This document shows positions 58,087 through 64,000 of a DNA stretch of 64,000 nucleotides, one piece after another. The notes below the pieces were generated by a model. It saw nothing but the letters and a program-made list of their open reading frames with translations. It searched no databases and was not told where the DNA came from. Source of the stretch: Planktothrix sp. GU0601_MAG3 (GTDB lineage Bacteria; Cyanobacteriota; Cyanobacteriia; Cyanobacteriales; Microcoleaceae). A program made the position numbers and the translations under genes. The stretch spans positions 4,628,578-4,692,577 of the forward strand of contig CP136572.1 of assembly GCA_035193785.1 (NCBI GenBank), given 5' to 3'. How positions within the stretch are numbered: position 1 is the stretch's first letter; every line of letters begins with the position of its first letter.

Positions 58087-59596
58087 CTATCTTATCTCAT
58101 AGCCGAATTTGTTGGGGTCTACTTCGGTTAAATTCAGATCATTTAATCCATATTCTGCCCAACGTCGCGTTACCATTTCGGCTGTATCAATATCCGACTC
58201 TAAAGGTTTCTCCCCATTCGTGATTGGTTTCTGGGGGTATTTTTGTAGTTGCATCTATCCCCATTCTTCCCCCTAAACCAATTTTTTTACTAGCAAAATC
58301 TAAGGTATCAAAAGGCGTATCGGGAAGAATAAAAACATCCCTGGAGGGGTCAACTTTAGAACTAATTGCCCATACCACTTGTCGCGGATCTCTAATATTA
58401 ATCTCCTTATCCACAACAATCACAAATTTGGTATAAGTAAACTGGGGTAAGGCACTCCAAAATGCTAAAGCAGCCCGCCTTGCTTGACCTGGATAAGCCT
58501 TATCAATGGAGATAATCGCGGCTTTATAACTTAAGGCTTCCATTGGTAGGAAAAAGTCTACAATTTCCGATACTTGCTGTCTTAAAATCGGGGTATAAAT
58601 CCGGTTTAAGGCGATCGCCATCATGGCTTCTTCTTTGGGAGGACGACCGCTAAATGTAGTTAAATAAATCGGATCTTGACGATGGGTAATACAGTTAAAT
58701 CTGACTAAGGGAGAATCTTCCACACCGCCATAATATCCCATGTGATCCCCAAAGGGCCCATCGGGTAATATTTCTCCGGGAGTAATAGTTCCTTCTAATA
58801 CAAATTCCGAGTCCGCCGGAACTTCTAAATCTACGGTTTTACACTTGGCTAATTGTACACCCGAACCCCCATATAATCCCGCAAATAACCATTCGGATAA
58901 ATCAACAGGAATGGGAGTCGCCGCCGCCATAATAATTAACGGATCTACTCCTAAAGCGATCGCAATTTCTAATTTTTTTCCCTTCTCCGCGGCTTTGCGT
59001 AAATGTCTCGCCCCGCCCCGCACCGATAACCAATGGACGGTCATGGTATTTTTAGATTGCAATTGTAACCGATAAACCCCAACATTCGGTGTTCCAGTTT
59101 CACAATCTTTAGTAATTACTAATCCCAAAGTAATAATTTTTCCCGCATCTTTAGGATAGGGACGAATCATCGGAATTTGGTTTAAATCAACGTCATCTCC
59201 TTGAATGATAATCTGTTGACAAGGAGGGAAAAAGTTCCGCCCGGGTTTAGCCTTGACGACATCAAATAAAACCTTACCAAAATCAATCGCTTGGGATATT
59301 TTTTTCGGGGGTTTAGGTTGTTGTAACATCCCTAACTTTTTCCCCAATTCCTCTAACTCTTGGGGAGTTTCCATATTCATTGACAAACAAACCCGTTGTT
59401 CCGTCCCCAATAAATTCACCGCCACCGGATAGGGTGAACCTTTGACATTTTCAAATAATAAACCAGGGCCCCCAGCTTGTAACATTCGATTAGAAATTTC
59501 TGCAATTTCTAAGTCAGGATCAACTAAAGTTTGAATCCGGCGTAATTGTCCCCGATCTTCTAAAAGTTTTAAAAATCCCCTTAAATCTCTCGCCAT
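58087..59596 (-). CDS. ubiD: UbiD-family decarboxylase (likely plastoquinone pathway); +1 frameshift at 58206-58210
   Basis: DLRGFL..LE, GPGLLFENV, NVGVYRLQ, DGPFGDHMGYY, GRPPKEE, DTLDFAS, MGIDATTK. Confidence 0.92.
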
Positions 59597-59828
59597 TGTG
59601 TTTAAGAATTGTTACATCTGCTTTTATATTATGACAGTTTTTGAGAAATAATGCGACTCTGTAGGAGAAGAATATGGGTAAATTCAATTTTTTTTTGAAA
59701 TCAATGCTATAACTGACTTGAGGGAAATAAGTAAGTAAACAAAATTAATTATACACTGGGTTGCTCTAAGGCCATTGAAACAAATAGAAAGCAAGAAATC
59801 GGATGTACAAATAATTTTGTGTAGGTAC

Positions 59829-60764
59829 TTAGATATCTTGAGTTTGGGTTCTGATCAAATTGCGTAGCCAGATTTGAAAGGGAACATGATCAGAATGCTT
59901 AGACCAAATTTGCATATAGTTATAATGACCCAAATCAATTGGGGGGTCAAATATAGTGACCCCAGCTATACTCGCAAATATCAAAGCAATCCGACGGGGT
60001 AAAGTCAAAATCATATCGGTTTGACCAACAATGAGGGCCGCAGATAGGAAATGGGGTAACTTTAACCTGACTCGACGTTCGACTCCCAATTCTTCTAAAA
60101 TCCGATCAACATGACTTTTAGATGATTTCTTAATTGAGTGAATTGGTGAGCCTGTAATTGTAATTAAAACGTGGGGCCAAGCAATATAGGATTCCAGAGT
60201 AATACCTTTTTTAATAATAGGATGTTCCACCCTGACAATCGAGACAAAATCCTCCGTAAATAAATGTTCATATCCAAATTCATTAGTTTTATCTAGGTCT
60301 ACTATCCCTAAACCGAGATCAAGCTCTCCACTTTTGAGCCGATCCAAAGTTTCGGGATGCCAGTCATAACATTCGATATCAAGATAGGGATTCTTAAAAG
60401 AAAGTTCTCTTAAAACCGAAGGCAAAATCACCGTGGTGGCGTAATCTGAAGCGGCGATCCGAATCGTCCCCCGAGCTAATTCTGGGATAAAAATTGGTTC
60501 TGTAACTAACTTTTCGATATCAACCAGAATGCTTTCTAGGGATGCTTGCAAAGCCAAAGCCCTAGGCGTAGCACGCATTCCCGCAGACGAACGCTCCAAC
60601 AAGGGATCGTTAAACATTTTTCGGAGTCGTTTTAAAGCATGGCTAGTCGCTGATTGACTTAAATTCAATTTTTGGCTGGCTTTAGTAACGCTACTTTCCT
60701 CTAGTAGAACTTTTAAAATTGTTAACAAATTTAGGTCTATTTGCTTAATATCGATTTGCTGCAT
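59829..60764 (-). CDS. LysR-family transcriptional regulator (NahR/DntR/LeuO-like)
   Basis: DLNLL..L..L.EE.SVT.A...L.LSQSA.SHAL.RLR..F.DPL HTH and a C-terminal substrate domain. Divergent from the crcB pair. Confidence 0.92.
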   Translation of the reverse strand: MQQIDIKQIDLNLLTILKVLLEESSVTKASQKLNLSQSATSHALKRLRKMFNDPLLERSSAGMRATPRALALQASLESILVDIEKLVTEPIFIPELARGTIRIAASDYATTVILPSVLRELSFKNPYLDIECYDWHPETLDRLKSGELDLGLGIVDLDKTNEFGYEHLFTEDFVSIVRVEHPIIKKGITLESYIAWPHVLITITGSPIHSIKKSSKSHVDRILEELGVERRVRLKLPHFLSAALIVGQTDMILTLPRRIALIFASIAGVTIFDPPIDLGHYNYMQIWSKHSDHVPFQIWLRNLIRTQTQDI

Positions 60765-61029
60765 ATCTATAATTCAAAATATTCATGTAGCTAAAATAAA
60801 AATTTCTAAATTTCATGGGACAATGGCAAAGTATAGGTAAAAGTTGTTTGAATTTTAAAAGCGAACAACCTTTTTGGGAATAATGAAATAAATGAAACTG
60901 ATGTTGATAAAGATAGAGAATTTTTGCTTATCTAAAAACAACATTTTGTGCTTTTAGCTACGTTTATATCATAAACCTAAAATCCCCCAAAAAACCGAAA
61001 CCTACTTAGCACAGGGTGAATTTTAACCA

Positions 61030-61426
61030 ATGTCAGACATAACTAATGTTTTAGCGATCGCAGCCGGAGCAGTTTCCTGGGGCGCTATCTCGGTATCAAA
61101 TTACCGAATGGACAAAAGCCAAATTTGGAGCCAAATTTCCCTACGGAACATTTGTAATTAATTTGACTGGATGTTTGGCTATGGGTTTCTTTTTCACCAT
61201 TTCCAAAGGAATTACAGGCTATCCCAAAGAGTTAGATTTATTGATTAGAACTGGGTTTTTAGGTTCTTATACCACATTTTCAACCTATGGCTTTGACACC
61301 CTAAGTTTATGGCGGAATAAAGAAACCTTTCCCACGTTTTTTTATTGGGCTGGGAGTGCAATTTTAGGCTTAGGAGCAGTCATGGTAGGAGTAGCACTTG
61401 CCAAGCTTGTTGTAGTCCCAACCTAA
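61030..61426 (+). CDS. crcB: Fluoride channel Fluc/CrcB, copy 1; +1 frameshift at 61072-61076
   Basis: GAVPGALSRY (repaired), FPYGTFVINLTG, GFLGSYTTFSTY. Confidence 0.92.
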
Positions 61427-61488
61427 TAAACAGGTTGCAATTTAGCTGACAAAAAACCGCAAATAATCAATATTTTAGGTAAAACACA

Positions 61489-61896
61489 ATGGAATTTTTG
61501 AAAGGACGTTATTCCCTGGCGATCGCGATCGGGGCAGTTTTTGGTGCATTAAGTCGTTTCTATTTCACCGAAGCCGCCAAAGCAATTTTTGGCAAAGATT
61601 TTGGCTTTTATGGCACATTTTTCATTAACGTCACCGGCTGTTTATTGATTGCTTATATTTTAACCCTAGCGATCGAGAATATTCGGTTGATCTCCCCGGA
61701 ATTCCGACTGATGACGACAACGGGTTTCTGCGGTGCCTATACAACCTTTTCGACTTATGGGTTGGAAACCAATGGTTTTTTAGCCAAAGGAGATACCGCG
61801 ACGATGTTAGTTTATTTTGTTGGCAGTGCGGTAGTGGGAATGATTTGTGTCCAAATCGGTGTTTTATTGGCAAGAGCAAGTCTGCAAAAGACTTAA
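61489..61896 (+). CDS. crcB: Fluoride channel Fluc/CrcB, copy 2
   Basis: GAVFGALSRF, GTFFINVTG, GFCGAYTTFSTY. Confidence 0.93.
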   Translation: MEFLKGRYSLAIAIGAVFGALSRFYFTEAAKAIFGKDFGFYGTFFINVTGCLLIAYILTLAIENIRLISPEFRLMTTTGFCGAYTTFSTYGLETNGFLAKGDTATMLVYFVGSAVVGMICVQIGVLLARASLQKT

Positions 61897-61968
61897 ATTG
61901 TAGCGGTTTGTAGTCAAATGAGGCAGGCTGACACTGGCTCTAATTCTAATTAGTAAAGGAGTTGATGG

Positions 61969-63034
61969 TTGAGGGAAAATATTTCTAAACTTCAGCATTC
62001 TGCTGTTAAAGCAGTAATCAATAAATTATATCTAATTAGTTGCTTGCTGACCGTTAGTTTTAGTTGCTGGATCTATCAAATTTTGCCAGTTCGTGCGGAG
62101 GCTTTAACCCCTCCCAAAACCTGTCAAATTGGAGTTTATTTGACATCATTGCGAGATTTTAATCCAGCCGAAAACTCATTTGCTGCCAATTTCTGGATCT
62201 GGAGTGTCTGTCCTTTTGAGAATATGAAACCTTTAGAAACCCTGAAGGTTTTAGATAGTAAGGAAGTTAGCAAAAATTACGATAGGTTTTCGCGGAATGA
62301 AAATCTGTCCGATCTATTTGGATCGAGTAAAAATGTCTTCTGGTCTGGACAGGAAATTGGCACAACTCTCTATTACAACTGGGACACAAATAACTATCCA
62401 TTTGATCGCCATGTATTGCAAATTATACTGGAGGAAACCCAGTTAGATGCTTCTAGTTTCGTTCATACCCCAGATTATTCCGGCTCCAGCTATCAGAAAG
62501 ACATGAATTTGGCGGGTTGGAAAATTACAGATTTTAAGATTTCTCAAGTTAATTTTCCCTATCAAACCAGCTTTGGTAATCCGTCCATTCAAAAAGATCC
62601 TAATTACCGTCGTTTCCCGCATCGTGGTTTCAGTTACGATTAATCGCGAGAGCAAAGTTAGCTTCTTTAAACTTTCTTTGGGGGTTTATGCTGCGGTAGC
62701 ACTGTCAATTATCACATTGCTGCTGGATGAAGATTTTGGGGATCGAATGGGTATTTTTGTCGGGACTTTGTTTGCGGTTTTAGTGAATATGCAAACAGCA
62801 ACATCCGAGTTAGGAAGTAGCAATTCCGTCACCCTAATTGATTTCATTCACATCATGGCAATTATTTACATTTTCATCACAGCTAGTCTGCTAGTTTATA
62901 CTCGATTTCTCAGCGAATCAGAACAGGAACAGTTATCACGGGATTTAATGCGGCGCTTTGCTGTTCCGATCCTGTCCGGTTCATTTGTTGTGCTTAATAT
63001 TGTCGTTATTGCTCACGCAGCGATCGTAGGTTAG
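61969..63034 (+). CDS. Prokaryotic pentameric ligand-gated ion channel-like protein (GLIC/ELIC-like); +1 frameshift at ~62612-62616
   Basis: Signal peptide ending VRA-E, beta-rich domain (IGVYL..L.DFN..ENSF.ANFWIW), Pro-loop YPFDRH.L.I, GWKI, Arg before M1, then about four hydrophobic helices. Confidence 0.72.
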
Positions 63035-63163
63035 ATGAACACTCTAATGCTGAAAAGATTAGGCAATAATTTAGTTTCAGTTGTTGATATGCTATACTTT
63101 TTGATTAGGTGTAAGGTTTTAAACAACCCATACCGATTCTCTAAAATAAAATATTTATTACAA

Positions 63164-63622
63164 ATGCTAATTCTACTTTTCTACGCTGGAAAAGACCTGT
63201 TTGCGATTAGTAGTTCCTATATTGTTGAGGTAATTCCGCGAGTTAGTTTTAGGAAAGTACATCATGTACCCGAATATGTGGCGGGTTTATTTAATTATCG
63301 AGGGGTAATTCTGCCCGTGATTGACCTGTGCCAATTAATCCAAGGAACTCCCGGGCGGTCGCACCTCAGCACCCGAATTATTATTGTTAAATATCCTAAC
63401 CAGCAAGGAGTACCACAATATTTAGGTCTGATGGCCGAGCGGGTGACGGAGACTCTAAATATATCAAGTACAGACATTAAAGATTCCAGTATTCGGGTTG
63501 ATGAAGCTCCCTATTTAAGCGGCACAATCATTGACGAAAAACGGATTATTCAATGTCTTCAGCTTGAGAAACTTTTCAGCGATGAACAACACGCTTACCT
63601 GCTCATGGGTGAAAACACTTAA
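63164..63622 (+). CDS. cheW: CheW-like coupling protein
   Basis: FAI....IVEVIP, VPEYVAGLFNYRGVILPVIDL, RIIIV, LGLMAERV. The ATG at 63164 is preferred to the 63035 start in the ORF track. Confidence 0.85.
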   Translation: MLILLFYAGKDLFAISSSYIVEVIPRVSFRKVHHVPEYVAGLFNYRGVILPVIDLCQLIQGTPGRSHLSTRIIIVKYPNQQGVPQYLGLMAERVTETLNISSTDIKDSSIRVDEAPYLSGTIIDEKRIIQCLQLEKLFSDEQHAYLLMGENT

Positions 63623-63713
63623 TTAAACAGGAGTCCTATCAAATGTTAGTTTTAAAGAAAAGCAAAAATGGGCAATAGGCAATAGAAAAAATAACGATTG
63701 TCCCTCAAATCCC

Positions 63714-63748
63714 AACTCGTAATTCGTAATTCCCCATTCCCCATTCCT
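63714..63748. repeat. Degenerate heptamer tandem repeat, STRR-like
   Basis: aactcgt-aattcgt-aattccc-cattccc-cattcct, the same family as 39409-39450. Confidence 0.7.
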
Positions 63749-63754
63749 AATACC

Positions 63755-64000
63755 ATGTTTAACAATATTACTAGCCGCCTAATTCTGGGTTTTTCCGTTC
63801 CAATTCTGTTTCTAATTATCCTAGGCTCCATGCTATTTTCCGGCACAGAACACTTAGTCAAATTGCAGTCCAACTCCAAGGAAGTTGGTGATAACATCAG
63901 CAGTACCGATGCCTATGCTTACGATGTCGCCAGGATTATCGCTAGTATCCGAGGATATGCTCTTTATCCGAAAGATCCCTACTATCGCGGGACTTATGAT
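63755..64000 (+). CDS. 5' part of a membrane sensor, probably a methyl-accepting chemotaxis protein with a CHASE3-like domain (runs off the right edge)
   Basis: Open frame MFNNITSRLILGFSVPILFLIILG (TM)...ASIRGYALYP, directly after cheW. Confidence 0.6.
   Translation, partial: MFNNITSRLILGFSVPILFLIILGSMLFSGTEHLVKLQSNSKEVGDNISSTDAYAYDVARIIASIRGYALYPKDPYYRGTYD

Larger units (their letters stand above)
1609..61526. repeat. HIP1 octamer GCGATCGC dispersed through the window
   Basis: Copies read at 1609, 2905, 61054 and 61519, with many more in between. HIP1 abundance is an established cyanobacterial hallmark. Confidence 0.9.

Noticed and set aside
60765..61029. Fluoride riboswitch upstream of crcB
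   Set aside because: I could not find the GATGG...CTGATG/CTAATG pseudoknot pattern by eye. An Infernal search is needed to be sure.
544..62616. Massive pseudogenisation or programmed frameshifting of about 30 genes
   Set aside because: Housekeeping genes (lnt, gcvH, ubiD, ndhF3, ndhD3) are hit, all by the same +1 event in one motif, with no nonsense mutations or deletions. This pattern indicates systematic sequencing error.
538..63897. Numerous short antisense or alternate-frame ORFs in the track (e.g. 538-804, 11844-12212, 40532-41029, 49803-50150, 63652-63897)
   Set aside because: They overlap well-supported genes and show no motifs, so I treat them as shadow ORFs.
1..64000. rRNA, tRNA, prophage or dnd genes
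   Set aside because: None is recognisable in this window. The phosphorothioation hypothesis requires genes located elsewhere.

Overview
This is cyanobacterial chromosomal DNA. It has frequent HIP1 octamers (GCGATCGC), heptamer tandem repeats, an NDH-1/CupA CO2-uptake operon and cyanobacteriochrome GAF domains. A filamentous Oscillatoriales/Planktothrix-like host is my inference. Gene content in order: a REC-histidine kinase, a polar amino-acid ABC ATPase, crtD, a ~12 kb Wzx/Wzy exopolysaccharide cluster with two internal tandem duplications, a large CHASE3/PAS hybrid kinase, GT4, a K+ channel, GH31, MFS and lnt. A signalling block follows, with a two-colour cyanobacteriochrome kinase, an orphan solute-binding protein and a HAMP kinase. 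Next come an FHA-type exoprotein, a REP-associated tyrosine transposase (RAYT) with a tandem REP array, gcvH, and ndhF3-[two Tat-type beta-carbonic anhydrases]-ndhD3-cupA. The window ends with a type II R-M pair, ubiD, a LysR gene divergent from two fluoride channels (crcB) plus a pentameric ligand-gated ion channel-like gene, cheW and the start of an MCP-like gene. The strongest signal is not a gene. I found 35 frameshifts, and every one is repaired by removing one base from GAAAC/GTTTC to give GAAC/GTTC. That is the recognition motif of one class of Dnd DNA phosphorothioation, and the affected sites are spaced more evenly than chance predicts. The split genes are therefore most likely intact, and the errors may be an epigenetic footprint. 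All product calls come from motif recognition without database searches.
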